Positions 28,697 to 38,550 of a stretch of DNA of 64,000 nucleotides are shown in pieces; position 1 is the stretch's first letter; each line of letters starts with the position of its first letter. Below the pieces are notes generated by a model. The model saw only the letters and a program-made list of their open reading frames with translations. It had not been told where the DNA came from and searched no databases. Origin of the DNA: an uncultured archaeon (lineage in GTDB: Archaea; Asgardarchaeota; Lokiarchaeia; Sigyniarchaeales; SOKP01); the NCBI GenBank assembly GCA_964632315.1, contig CAZWEM010000001.1:112060-176059 (forward strand), in the 5' to 3' direction. The position numbers and the translations under genes were made by a program.

Positions 28697-29973
28697 AATG
28701 GTCTTCTAGTTCTTCTTTTTTCAATTAACTTAATACCATTCTTGGTTAAGCTCCTTTTTAGACTATTAAAAAGGATGTTTAATTCTGCGGATTTAAAGAC
28801 TGCTCTTCTGTGAGCTTCAATTTGGGGGATTGGTAAACCATAATGATTATTATAACTTGAAATAGGCAGAATTATGGAACTAATCAGGTCTGCTTTTTTT
28901 GATGCTTCATCTAATGTATCATCTTCATCCATTAAGTATTCGATTCTGCAAGGAGTATCATATTTTGCTGTTTTGAGATAAAATGCATAGAAATTATGGG
29001 GAAAATAATATGGAATTTCTCTTTTAATACTTGTCTCACGAATTTTTTCGATATCATTTTTACAGTTAAATATGCAAGATCGTTCAGATTTACGTAAAAA
29101 CCGGTTATAAAAATCCATATCTGAGAAATAATCTATAACTTGACGGTAATTTACTTTAATAAAATCAGTTAAGTGATGCATATTTGGTTTTAATAATTGT
29201 ATTCCACTTCTTAATGAATGAATGAGTGCTGAAGTTCTCGTATCTTTAATTGAACCAATAAGAATGACACCTTTTTCATGACAATTAGAATACAGTTTTC
29301 GATACTCTCTCAGAAGCATGTCATATTTCTGGGAAATTTCAAGATCTTTTCCAAAAATTAGATTTATTGGCATTAGAACTATAGAACCATCTATGATAAT
29401 AAGATCAATATTATCTGCTTTTTCAATTAATTCGTTTAATAGACTAATTTCCATGAATTTCATATCAATTGAGGTGTATGCTTCAACAGTAGACTCATCT
29501 CTATTAAGATAGTTTCCTTGTACCCTGTAATTATTAAATCCACTTAAATCAGGATAGTATTCTATTTTTGAAGAATGATTTTCATAAAAATAATACCTCA
29601 CACAAATTGCCTTTAGGAACGAAAAATCAACATTCATGAATTTTTTGACAACAGAACTTCCATCAACGCTTACTACATTTAATCCACTAATATTTGCAGG
29701 TTTTATAACCTTATTTAGAATGTTTTCCTTGATGAGAAATCCTTCATCTCCATAGAATTCAGAAAAATCTAGTTCTTTTAAGTTCTTTCTAATAATCTCT
29801 ATAAAATTTTTCTTAAATTTTTCAATCTCTATGTATTCTTGCGCCAAATCCTTTAGATCTCGCAGAAGTAGTTGTTCTTTAGTTAATCCTAACATCTCAC
29901 TATCATATTTTTTATTAAAATCCCCTTCTGGATCTCGATCTTCGAAAAACGTAAACGTGTTCTTAATTGTCAT
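28693..29973 (-). CDS. nurA: NurA-family nuclease
   Basis: VSVDGS, MEISL, IIDGSI, GSIKD, YGLPIPQIEAHRRA; basic C-terminus RRTRRPF. Confidence 0.8.
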   Translation of the reverse strand: MTIKNTFTFFEDRDPEGDFNKKYDSEMLGLTKEQLLLRDLKDLAQEYIEIEKFKKNFIEIIRKNLKELDFSEFYGDEGFLIKENILNKVIKPANISGLNVVSVDGSSVVKKFMNVDFSFLKAICVRYYFYENHSSKIEYYPDLSGFNNYRVQGNYLNRDESTVEAYTSIDMKFMEISLLNELIEKADNIDLIIIDGSIVLMPINLIFGKDLEISQKYDMLLREYRKLYSNCHEKGVILIGSIKDTRTSALIHSLRSGIQLLKPNMHHLTDFIKVNYRQVIDYFSDMDFYNRFLRKSERSCIFNCKNDIEKIRETSIKREIPYYFPHNFYAFYLKTAKYDTPCRIEYLMDEDDTLDEASKKADLISSIILPISSYNNHYGLPIPQIEAHRRAVFKSAELNILFNSLKRSLTKNGIKLIEKRRTRRPF

Positions 29974-30062
29974 TATTGTTCAATATAAAGGAGATAATAA
30001 TAATAATGATGAGAGATTTAGTTTAATAATTTTCAGAGTAAATATAAGCTCTCTTAATAACA

Positions 30063-30713
30063 ATGTTAAGTCAAACTGGAAGTAATAATCTTTTATTAAT
30101 TCTTATTACGTTTCTAGAGTTACTTTTATTAGCAATTCCAATCACTTTCATCTATTTTCTCAAAAAAGAACCCCTCTCATATCAACTAAAAATTATGGGG
30201 TTTGACTATTCACAATATAACCTTAAAAGGGTCCTAATTTGCATATTTGAAGGCATTTTGATCGGTAGCTTATTTTTATTAATCGCAAATTGGTTAATTT
30301 ATAGCTCTGAAATAATTGTTTCATATGTATTTGGAGATGCTTTTATTCAAGATGCAATAAACAATGCCATCAATGTAGAACCAACGAGACCAAATCCCTT
30401 GGAACTTACCATAATTGTTATATTACAGTTTCTAATTGTGGGTCCATGTGAAGAGGGTTTTTTTCGAGGATTCTTATTTAAAAAACTTCGAACAAAATTA
30501 AATTTTATCTTGAGCTTGTTGCTCTCTTCAGCAACTTTCGCATTTTATCACGTTCCACCTTTCATAGTTCCTTTTTCTACTATTATCTTCTATTTTGGGT
30601 ACTTCTTTGCTCTTGGTATACTGCTTACGCTCTTATACTCACTTAATAGAGGGTTGTTATTACCATGCATCATCACGCACTCGATCTTTAATATGATCGT
30701 GTTAATCACGTGA
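30063..30713 (+). CDS. CPBP (CAAX protease/Abi) intramembrane metalloprotease
   Basis: Intact motifs EEGFFRG, FAFYH and HSIFN. Confidence 0.9.
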   Translation: MLSQTGSNNLLLILITFLELLLLAIPITFIYFLKKEPLSYQLKIMGFDYSQYNLKRVLICIFEGILIGSLFLLIANWLIYSSEIIVSYVFGDAFIQDAINNAINVEPTRPNPLELTIIVILQFLIVGPCEEGFFRGFLFKKLRTKLNFILSLLLSSATFAFYHVPPFIVPFSTIIFYFGYFFALGILLTLLYSLNRGLLLPCIITHSIFNMIVLIT

Positions 30714-30887
30714 ATCAAGCTTTCAAAAAAGTAACTTTTTAAGAAGAAAGATTAAATAATACTAGAGATAATGTTTATTAAACGAAATTGAAGTAACAAC
30801 TGAATTTAAAACAAACTATCGAGATTCTTTTTTATTAGAATTTTTATTTAAAAATGCTCAAGAAATTATAGATTTGGATAAATTAAT

Positions 30888-31415
30888 TTGACCGATTTTG
30901 ATTATACCTTCAAGGTAATGATGTTGGGGGATGCATCTGTAGGGAAAACATCACTCACAATAAGATATATTTCTGGATTCTTCCTTGAAGATCTTAAATT
31001 AACGATCGGGGTAGATTTTTATTCTAAAAACATACTATTTCGTGATAATAGAGTAAAATTACAAATCTGGGATTTTGGAGGAGAAGAAAGGTTCCGCTTT
31101 TTGCTTTCTCAATATTGTAAAGGGGCTAATGCCGCATTTTTTTTGTATGATATCACAAATGCAAGAACATTAGAACATTTATCTGCTTGGACAGATCTTA
31201 TCCGTAAACATGCTGGGCAAATTCCAATCATGTTGATCGGTTCAAAATTGGATTTGGCGGAGTTTCGAGCCGTTGAGAGAGAAGAAGGAATAAACGCAGC
31301 TAAAAATCATAACATTTCTGCTTTCATCGAATTATCCTCGAAAACAGGACAAAACGTTGAAGAAGCCTTTAAAACGATGGCAGAAATTCTTTTTGAAACG
31401 TATGGGGAAGATTAA
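30888..31415 (+). CDS. Rab-like small GTPase
   Basis: GDASVGKTS, TIGVDF, WDFGGEERF, SKLD, LSSKTG. Confidence 0.93.
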   Translation: MTDFDYTFKVMMLGDASVGKTSLTIRYISGFFLEDLKLTIGVDFYSKNILFRDNRVKLQIWDFGGEERFRFLLSQYCKGANAAFFLYDITNARTLEHLSAWTDLIRKHAGQIPIMLIGSKLDLAEFRAVEREEGINAAKNHNISAFIELSSKTGQNVEEAFKTMAEILFETYGED

Positions 31416-31493
31416 AATTTAACTTGGTTGAATAATAATTTTATTTGAATTATATTTTAAATATAACACTTGAAATTTTAGTAAATCGTATCT

Positions 31494-32501
31494 ATGTCAA
31501 ATAAATACTCAATATACTCAACTGGAGATACTAAAGAAATTATTACTTATTTACAATTAGGCACAAAAATTCCTAATCTTTACGATTTTTATGACACTAT
31601 TTACCATGATTTAGAATATTTTAGTACTCAAGCCTGGATTGTGAAAGATGAAGGAAATCCAATTGGATTTTGCCTAATTTTTTATCATAATAGTGAAGAA
31701 TTATATTTTGGATTTTTTAACATTCTTGATCACAATGAATTTTGTATTGAATTTTTAATACAAGAATTAAAAAAATATGCTGAAAAAAATGGATTTCAAA
31801 GAATTAGAGGTCCTATTAACATTCCAACCATAATTTTTGGTTGGGGTTTTATGGAAGCAGGTAGTAGAGGAGATTTATTTATTGGCAAACCCTTAAATCC
31901 TCCTATTTATCAAAAACTTTTTCTCAAACAAGGATTTTTAATACGAACAAGACAAAATACTTGGGAAGGCAAAATCCCTAATTTGAAGCCCTTTCTCACA
32001 ATTTATGACCTTTCTAAATATGAATTTTTCAATTTTCAGAGTTGGGAAAAATTTGACTCTTTTATTGACCAATTTTTCCTTTTATCAGCAAAGAATTTAG
32101 ATCCCGAATCTGTTTTAACTCCTTGTATTGATAAATTATTTCCGAATTATATTAATTTCACAAAAATGTATGGCAAAGAATTTTTTTTTTCCTTTGCAAG
32201 AGTTAAAAAAACAAAAGAAATGGTTGGAACGATTGCTTGTTTACCTAATCCATTCAGAAAGAATTTTTTAGGAAAATTGGATTCATTTGTAATATTTTCA
32301 ATAGCTGTAAATAAAATTCACCGAAAAAACGGTATAGGATGGGGATTATTGGATTATGTTTTTACCAAAGCTTATAGACAAGGAATAAATTTTATGTCTG
32401 CTCCAATTGAGAGTACTCAAGATGCAACTAAATATATGTCACACAAAGGAGAACTTCAAAAATCTCGTTCTCATATTATATTAGAATACAAAGTAGAATA
32501 A
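31494..32501 (+). CDS. Tandem-GNAT N-acyltransferase, YghO/bacterial ceramide synthase-like
   Basis: YFGFF...RIRGPIN...GFMEAG...PLNPPIY...GF matches the pattern I recall for this family. C-terminal acyl-CoA motif AVNKIHRKNGIG. Confidence 0.65.
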   Translation: MSNKYSIYSTGDTKEIITYLQLGTKIPNLYDFYDTIYHDLEYFSTQAWIVKDEGNPIGFCLIFYHNSEELYFGFFNILDHNEFCIEFLIQELKKYAEKNGFQRIRGPINIPTIIFGWGFMEAGSRGDLFIGKPLNPPIYQKLFLKQGFLIRTRQNTWEGKIPNLKPFLTIYDLSKYEFFNFQSWEKFDSFIDQFFLLSAKNLDPESVLTPCIDKLFPNYINFTKMYGKEFFFSFARVKKTKEMVGTIACLPNPFRKNFLGKLDSFVIFSIAVNKIHRKNGIGWGLLDYVFTKAYRQGINFMSAPIESTQDATKYMSHKGELQKSRSHIILEYKVE

Positions 32502-32611
32502 ATTTAAAAATCAAATCTAAAATTTTAACCATTGTTTAAGTATTGAAAATGAACTTTAAATATTCTCCAAATAATTAAATATTAAAGTAAATCTACTTTC
32601 TTTATATTTTA

Positions 32612-33328
32612 ATGCTATTTCAAGAGATTGTTGGCTTAGTAAGAGTTATCCTAATTTTAATTCCACAACCAATATTGGGAATTATATTTCTCTTTTTGGC
32701 TTTTAAAATTCTAAAAAGAAGGTCAACTCGAATCTCCATAACTCTTAGTGGCTTCTACATTTTAATAGGTGTTGCAATGTTCTTAAACGTAGTATTTCTC
32801 CTTCTTTCTTCAACTCTAAACGCAATATTATTGCTAGGAATTTACTTCTTTATTCTTTATTTTATTCTTACCTCATTTATTTTTGTAAGCTTATTTATAA
32901 TTCAAATGAATAGAGCTCAAGATTTTACTTTAAAAACTCAGATATTAATTATTTTGATTTATGCTATTTTGTCATTTTTACTATTAATGTATCCAAAAGG
33001 AATCAAATTAAGCAGTGAAACGAATTGGTTACCAATCTTCAGTTGGGAATTTTTGGTAGTTTTTTATGTTTATTTTACTGCGATTATTGTAATTCCTACA
33101 ATATACTTTTCCACTAAGCTTTATCATAAATTTAAAGATCCAAATCTTAAAAAGAGATTGCGTTTTTTAATTTCAGGTACTTTTGAAGGATTTATTGTTA
33201 TTTACGGGACAGCTTTATTTAATACCTGGCAAGAACCACTATTTAAATTTGCTTGGAGTTTGATTACTGTAGTATTATTGTTCTCATTAAGTATCTTTAT
33301 CTATTATGGTATTGGATCCAATCTTTGA
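32612..33328 (+). CDS. Stand-alone 7-TM membrane protein (HisKA_7TM-like sensor without a cytoplasmic output domain)
   Basis: Seven hydrophobic helices, basic inner loops (KRRSTR, KKRLR), a polar loop between TM4 and TM5; ends right after TM7. Confidence 0.6.
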   Translation: MLFQEIVGLVRVILILIPQPILGIIFLFLAFKILKRRSTRISITLSGFYILIGVAMFLNVVFLLLSSTLNAILLLGIYFFILYFILTSFIFVSLFIIQMNRAQDFTLKTQILIILIYAILSFLLLMYPKGIKLSSETNWLPIFSWEFLVVFYVYFTAIIVIPTIYFSTKLYHKFKDPNLKKRLRFLISGTFEGFIVIYGTALFNTWQEPLFKFAWSLITVVLLFSLSIFIYYGIGSNL

Positions 33329-33332
33329 ATAT

Positions 33333-34178
33333 TTAAATTTTGAAATTAATCGATTTCATACGAAAATAATCATATCCTACAATTTTCGGTGCTAATATCT
33401 TTTCTTTGATCCCTAATATACCAGAATATATAATTTCAAAAGTGATGTAAGATGCAGAAATCCTTACAATCGGGGCTAAAGAAACTAATGGTCTTTTTCC
33501 TTCTAACATCTCTCTAAACACTCCTTTTTGACGATTGTAAATGGATCGAATCTCGGGAAACTTTAAAAGTATCGATAATAATGATTGATAAAAATTCTTC
33601 CTAAAATTGGGATTCTTTTCTAATTCTTCTATTGAAATCTCGTTTGTATTAAGTTTGTAGCACGTTTCATAATCAATATTCTTATTAGTAAACCACCAAA
33701 CCCATAAATATGGAATCCCATATGATTCAATAACATCAATTTTATTTTGCTTACAAAATCGGGTCACCTTAATGCAAGCATAAGGATCGTCAAGAGTTAA
33801 TGCCACCACACTTACATTTTTTAACTTATCATTTATATTTATTTGAGAAACATCTTTAAAAGAAATTAGGTTAATATTTGGATTAATTCCTAAAATTAAT
33901 TTTTCAATGACTTTAACTTTATATTTTCCTATATCTGAAACAGAGCAAAGTTGTCTATTTAAATTAGATCGATCGAATTTATCATTATCACAAATTACAA
34001 TATTTTCACAACCCGCTCTAACAAGCTGTTCAACAACACTTCCTCCTAAACCTCCTAGCCCTAAAACAGCTATGGGTGTACTTTTTAACTTTTTCTGTTC
34101 TTTATGTGAGATTAATCCAATATTTCGAGAGATTTGTTCATTATATAAAATCTGTTTCTCATTATACATTTCTGACAT
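33333..34178 (-). CDS. ThiF/MoeB/E1-like adenylyltransferase lacking Zn-binding CxxC
   Basis: SRNIGLI..EQ, GLGGLGG, CDND, SNLNRQ, GKYKV; no CxxC pairs. Confidence 0.88.
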   Translation of the reverse strand: MSEMYNEKQILYNEQISRNIGLISHKEQKKLKSTPIAVLGLGGLGGSVVEQLVRAGCENIVICDNDKFDRSNLNRQLCSVSDIGKYKVKVIEKLILGINPNINLISFKDVSQININDKLKNVSVVALTLDDPYACIKVTRFCKQNKIDVIESYGIPYLWVWWFTNKNIDYETCYKLNTNEISIEELEKNPNFRKNFYQSLLSILLKFPEIRSIYNRQKGVFREMLEGKRPLVSLAPIVRISASYITFEIIYSGILGIKEKILAPKIVGYDYFRMKSINFKI

Positions 34179-34223
34179 GATCTAAATACCATTTTTTATT
34201 GAATATAAGAAAGACCACTTATT

Positions 34224-35474
34224 TTAAAAAAAAATTTCTTTCATACTTTCTTCTTCAAAAAATCCAAGCATTTCTAACAGTTCTTGAGACTCTGGAATCA
34301 ATTGAAGATTATCACTTAATTTTCCAGAATAATAATTGAATAAAACACTATCCTCAAAAACTTTCTTTTTGGGGTTATATTGCCAGCAAGGGACATAACC
34401 CCTAGGTTTGAATCCCATATTATAGAAAAGTTGTTGTTCTTCTGGACGATAGCCTGAAACAAAACATTGAAAATAATTAATATTCTGTGTTATAATAAAT
34501 TCTTTAATTTTTAAAAGGAAAGCTTTCAATTCTTCGAGAGATTTAACCTTGTAATAAGTCTTTTCAATTAAATTACTATATGGATTGTATTCAAATCTGA
34601 AAAAAGAATTTGCAAGATTTAATTTAATATTTAAAATATCATATTTATCTCTGCAAATTTCTTTTTCTATTTTTGCTTTGAATTCTATTACTTTACCCTT
34701 ATCAACATCTATTTTAGGATTAATTACATTGGGATATCCCAGTTTATACTTTTTAGTAGTAAATGCATATGCTTTAGTAACACTTAATATTATTTTTGGG
34801 GTTTCACGAGAACGCAGACTTCTAATTATTTCTTTATCATAAGCAGCATGTAAAAATTCTGATTCAATTTTCTCAAAAAAAACATCCTTATTTGGTAAAA
34901 ATGCTATAGGTCTTAAACCATACATAGCAGTCCCCCATTGAGGGACACTACTATAGGTTCTTACTTCACCAAACCATGAATGTTTTTGCTTCCTATAAGA
35001 ATACCAAAAATAGAGAAATGAAACTACACTAGCTTTTAAAACATCAATAATATGATGGTAATCACTTCTAATTACAAAACCATGTAAGAGAGCTTTTTTC
35101 AATCCAAAATCTAGATCTCCTCCAAAGCACCCCACAATTTTCCCTTTATCAGTTTTATAAACAGTCCATTCAGTTTTTGATTCTTCAATTCTTTTTTGAA
35201 TTTCTATAGCATCTTCCATCCTTTTATAAGGATAAGTATTACAATATAATTCTTTAAAAATTGAAGCAATTTCTTTTGATTCGTTAGGTTTAGCAATCTG
35301 AATGGTAGTTTGAATTTTTTCCTTTGTTCTCTCCTTATTTAAATTAATCTTTGCATCTAGTATTGATTTTGGGCCATACTTAATGAGATCTCTTTTTAGA
35401 TCTAAAAACTCATCGATGAATGTAATTGGTTTTTTGGAAACAGACCACTGTTCTAATTGCAATTTATCCTTCAA
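34224..35474 (-). CDS. Putative tandem-GNAT-fold acyltransferase
   Basis: IAKPNESKEIASIF..Y..TYPY, KIVG, FVIRSDYH, GLRPIAFLP; second module EQQLFYNMGFKPRGYVP. Only weak similarity to GNAT. Confidence 0.5.
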   Translation of the reverse strand: MKDKLQLEQWSVSKKPITFIDEFLDLKRDLIKYGPKSILDAKINLNKERTKEKIQTTIQIAKPNESKEIASIFKELYCNTYPYKRMEDAIEIQKRIEESKTEWTVYKTDKGKIVGCFGGDLDFGLKKALLHGFVIRSDYHHIIDVLKASVVSFLYFWYSYRKQKHSWFGEVRTYSSVPQWGTAMYGLRPIAFLPNKDVFFEKIESEFLHAAYDKEIIRSLRSRETPKIILSVTKAYAFTTKKYKLGYPNVINPKIDVDKGKVIEFKAKIEKEICRDKYDILNIKLNLANSFFRFEYNPYSNLIEKTYYKVKSLEELKAFLLKIKEFIITQNINYFQCFVSGYRPEEQQLFYNMGFKPRGYVPCWQYNPKKKVFEDSVLFNYYSGKLSDNLQLIPESQELLEMLGFFEEESMKEIFF

Positions 35475-35689
35475 AATTCCTTTCTGGTTTATTAATAGAA
35501 ATTAGTACATTGATGTTATATATAAGTAACTAATTTGTGTACAAAATGCTATAATAAAAAAATTATGAATGTAAGGTATCTACTTTTTTCATTTTCCATA
35601 ATAAAAATGAAGAATAGTATTAAATCATCAATATTATCCTTCTAAAGGCTTTCCACAAATTTAATATCAACAGAAAATCTTGAAATTAT

Positions 35690-36001
35690 ATGACATCTGA
35701 CAAGAAATATTTTTTTGCTATAATCAAACCATATCGCAAAGATTTTTTATTAAATCCTATGGATAATGAAAATGATATTATGGAAGAGCATTTCTCATAC
35801 CTAAAAAATCTCCTAGAAAATCATAAGTTATATCTTGCTGGACCGACTTTAGTTGAAAATGACCCATATGGTGTTATTATATTCGAAACCCAAACTGAAG
35901 AGGAGGCAAGAGAATTACTAATGCAAGATCCTTCCATTAAATCAGGAATTCAAAAAGTTACTGATTTCAGACCAATTCGGCTTTCTCTGACAAAAAAATA
36001 A
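35690..36001 (+). CDS. YciI-like protein
   Basis: MEEHFSYL, LAGPT, GVIIF, EARELLMQDPSI. Confidence 0.8.
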   Translation: MTSDKKYFFAIIKPYRKDFLLNPMDNENDIMEEHFSYLKNLLENHKLYLAGPTLVENDPYGVIIFETQTEEEARELLMQDPSIKSGIQKVTDFRPIRLSLTKK

Positions 36002-36042
36002 AAAAAAGTTTTGATAAGGTAAATATAGCGATTGAAAATTGC

Positions 36043-36249
36043 TTATACTAATCCAATAGCAATTTTCATATCAGCTTGTGTTACTTTCTTTCGACCAGAG
36101 TGCTTTGCAATGTCAAGAGCGCAACCAGTTAATTCTTTAGCATATTCTTCTAAATAGTCCATTAACTTGTCTACTGCTGCTCTGCTGACAATTTCAGCAC
36201 CGGCCTTTTTCATTAGAGCACGTAATGGGCTCCATGCAAAAGCTGCCAT
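36043..36249 (-). CDS. Archaeal histone (68 aa, no tail)
   Basis: SPLRALMKKAGAEIVSRAA...AKHSGRKKVTQAD histone fold; GGAGG Shine-Dalgarno upstream of ATG 36249. Confidence 0.95.
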   Translation of the reverse strand: MAAFAWSPLRALMKKAGAEIVSRAAVDKLMDYLEEYAKELTGCALDIAKHSGRKKVTQADMKIAIGLV

Positions 36250-36768
36250 TTTTTTATTCCTCCACAGTTGTTTTAAAATTATTATTAAATTGGTGGTAAT
36301 CATAATTAAATTGGTATTACTCATATTTAAATGTGTTGGTAGATAGGAAGAATCGGATGGATCAGATTGACGAATTTTGGTCGACAAAAAAAATCACATG
36401 AACGTTATCATAATTTTTTTAGTAGTAAATTCGGATCACCAAAAAGGATCAAAAATTGGTTTCGAATGAGCATGTTGATCTGATCAAAGTATTGACTATA
36501 AAACCTTTCAATCATCAATTGAAATCAATTTCATTTTTTCCGCTGCATAAGTAAAAGATATTTATGATTGAAGATAAATAGCTTGATTAAAAACCTGATA
36601 CCATCCCTATTGGAAATAAATCGTACTAAAAAGAAATGTCAAGCTAAAAAGATATTTTATGACCGTTTAAAACCCATTAAATTGTTTTGATGCTTGGATC
36701 TAAAAATTTAAAATTAAAGATTTAAATTACTCTTACATAACATAAAATGATACTAAAGTGCAGATACC

Positions 36769-37347
36769 ATGATCTTTGAACAAGAAGAACATCCAACTTA
36801 TATCTTTAAGTTATGCCTTATTGGGAATGGGGGCGTAGGGAAAACCTGCATTGCTCGACGTTTATGTTTCGATACGTTTGATGCGAATACTAAGTTAACA
36901 ATTGGAATTGATTTCTATACTTATGATTTACCAATATTGATAGAGGGAGAAGAAGGATTTGTTAGATTGAGTTTATGGGATTTTGGAGGACAAGAGCAGT
37001 TTAAGAAAATGTTCAGTTATTATATTCACGGTGCAAATGGAATTTTCCTTGTTTTTAGCTTATTTAACCTGAACAATTCCCTTTTAGGATTAAATTGGTG
37101 GAATGACCACTTGTTTAAATTAAACCATAAAAAAACCCCTAAAATGCTTGTTGGCTGCAAAAGCGATTTAATCAAAGATCCAGAAAGAGTTAATGATTTG
37201 GTTATCGAGAATTTCAGGAACAAGCACAGTAATATACCATACTTTAAAACCTCATCGAAAGAAGGGATTAATATTCGAAATATTTTTGTAGAGATGGTAA
37301 GAACCATTCTTGATGAACATGGTTTTGAATATGATAAGATTCTTTAA
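36769..37347 (+). CDS. Rab-like small GTPase
   Basis: GNGGVGKT, TIGIDF, WDFGGQEQF, CKSD, TSSK. Confidence 0.92.
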   Translation: MIFEQEEHPTYIFKLCLIGNGGVGKTCIARRLCFDTFDANTKLTIGIDFYTYDLPILIEGEEGFVRLSLWDFGGQEQFKKMFSYYIHGANGIFLVFSLFNLNNSLLGLNWWNDHLFKLNHKKTPKMLVGCKSDLIKDPERVNDLVIENFRNKHSNIPYFKTSSKEGINIRNIFVEMVRTILDEHGFEYDKIL

Positions 37348-37439
37348 AAACGGACTCTTGATGCATAAATTTTTTATTCATTTTAATATAAATTCAACTA
37401 TATTAATCAAAGTACTAAATTTAGATAAGGGTTATAAAT

Positions 37440-38519
37440 GTGGTACGAGTATTTCATGAAACAGATTCTAAATTAGGCATTTTAAAAGATAAGACCATTG
37501 CAGTTATTGGTTATGGCAATCAAGGGCGAGCACAAGCTTTAAACCTCAGAGATTCAGATTTAAGGGTCATAATAGGTAATCAAGATGATAAGTATTTAGA
37601 GATCGCTAAAAAGGATGGCTTTTATACTCACACGATTGAAGACGCAATTATTTTAGCAGATGTAATCTTTTTTCTCATCCCTGATGAAATAATGAAAAAT
37701 CTATACGATACTAAAATTAAACAACTCATTAAACCTACAACTGCTTTAGTATTTGCTTCGGGATATAATATCGGATTTAATTTAATTACTCCGCCAGCAG
37801 ATACAGATGTTCTTTTATTAGCTCCAAGAATGATTGGAGTTGGAGTTAGAGAAAACTATTTAAACAAGCAAGGGTTTTTCAGCTTCATTGGAGTTGAACA
37901 AGATTTTACTGGAAATGCCTTAGATATTCTTTTAGCGTTAGCTAATGGTATAGGTACTTTAAAAAAAGGAGCAATTGAAGTTACTTTTCGACAAGAAGCG
38001 GAATTGGATCTATTTAATGAACAAGGTTTTGGCCCTGCTTTTGGTCGGGTTTTACTTTCAGCAATTTACACCTTAATCGAAGCTGGTTATCCACCAGAAG
38101 CGGTACTTGTAGAATTATACATGAGTAATGAAATGTCTTATACTTATAAGAAAATGGCTGAAGTGGGTCTAATCAGACAAGTAGATTTTCATTCTCAAAC
38201 TAGCCAATATGGAGCAATGAGTAGAGGGATTAAATATCGTAAGATTCCCCTCAAATCTATAATGCAAGAAATCCTTAAAAATATTCAAGATGGTTCTTTT
38301 ACTGAAGAATGGGAGAAAAAGTTAACCAAATTGAAATTTAAAGTAATAAAATTTTTTGCTACCAAGCAGAGAATAAATAAATTAGAACATGAAGTTAGGA
38401 AAAATTTAGGATTAAAAATATTTAATATTTATGATGAGGAACCTCCGACTGAAGAAGAAATGAAGAAATTAAAGAACGTTTCAGAAGAATTGGAACAATT
38501 TAAAAAATTTTATGAATAA
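37440..38519 (+). CDS. ilvC: Ketol-acid reductoisomerase
   Basis: IGYGNQGRAQALNLRDS, LIPDE, EAELDLFNEQ, HSQTSQYG. Confidence 0.9.
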   Translation: MVRVFHETDSKLGILKDKTIAVIGYGNQGRAQALNLRDSDLRVIIGNQDDKYLEIAKKDGFYTHTIEDAIILADVIFFLIPDEIMKNLYDTKIKQLIKPTTALVFASGYNIGFNLITPPADTDVLLLAPRMIGVGVRENYLNKQGFFSFIGVEQDFTGNALDILLALANGIGTLKKGAIEVTFRQEAELDLFNEQGFGPAFGRVLLSAIYTLIEAGYPPEAVLVELYMSNEMSYTYKKMAEVGLIRQVDFHSQTSQYGAMSRGIKYRKIPLKSIMQEILKNIQDGSFTEEWEKKLTKLKFKVIKFFATKQRINKLEHEVRKNLGLKIFNIYDEEPPTEEEMKKLKNVSEELEQFKKFYE

Positions 38520-38550
38520 ATCGCTTTGGTAACTTACATTTTTATTTTAA

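Noticed and set aside
9926-32501. A complete sphingolipid pathway (ceramide-synthase-like GNAT, NDUFA9-like SDR as ceramide reductase, ceramidase-like hydrolase)
   Set aside because: The genes are scattered over 22 kb, each family is broad, the SDR is fused to QueC, and no serine palmitoyltransferase is in the window.
36250-36387. 46-aa N-terminal extension of the histone in the ORF track (a possible histone tail)
   Set aside because: The extension is not Lys-rich and runs through the TATA-like region. A clear GGAGG site precedes ATG 36249, which gives a normal 68-aa histone.
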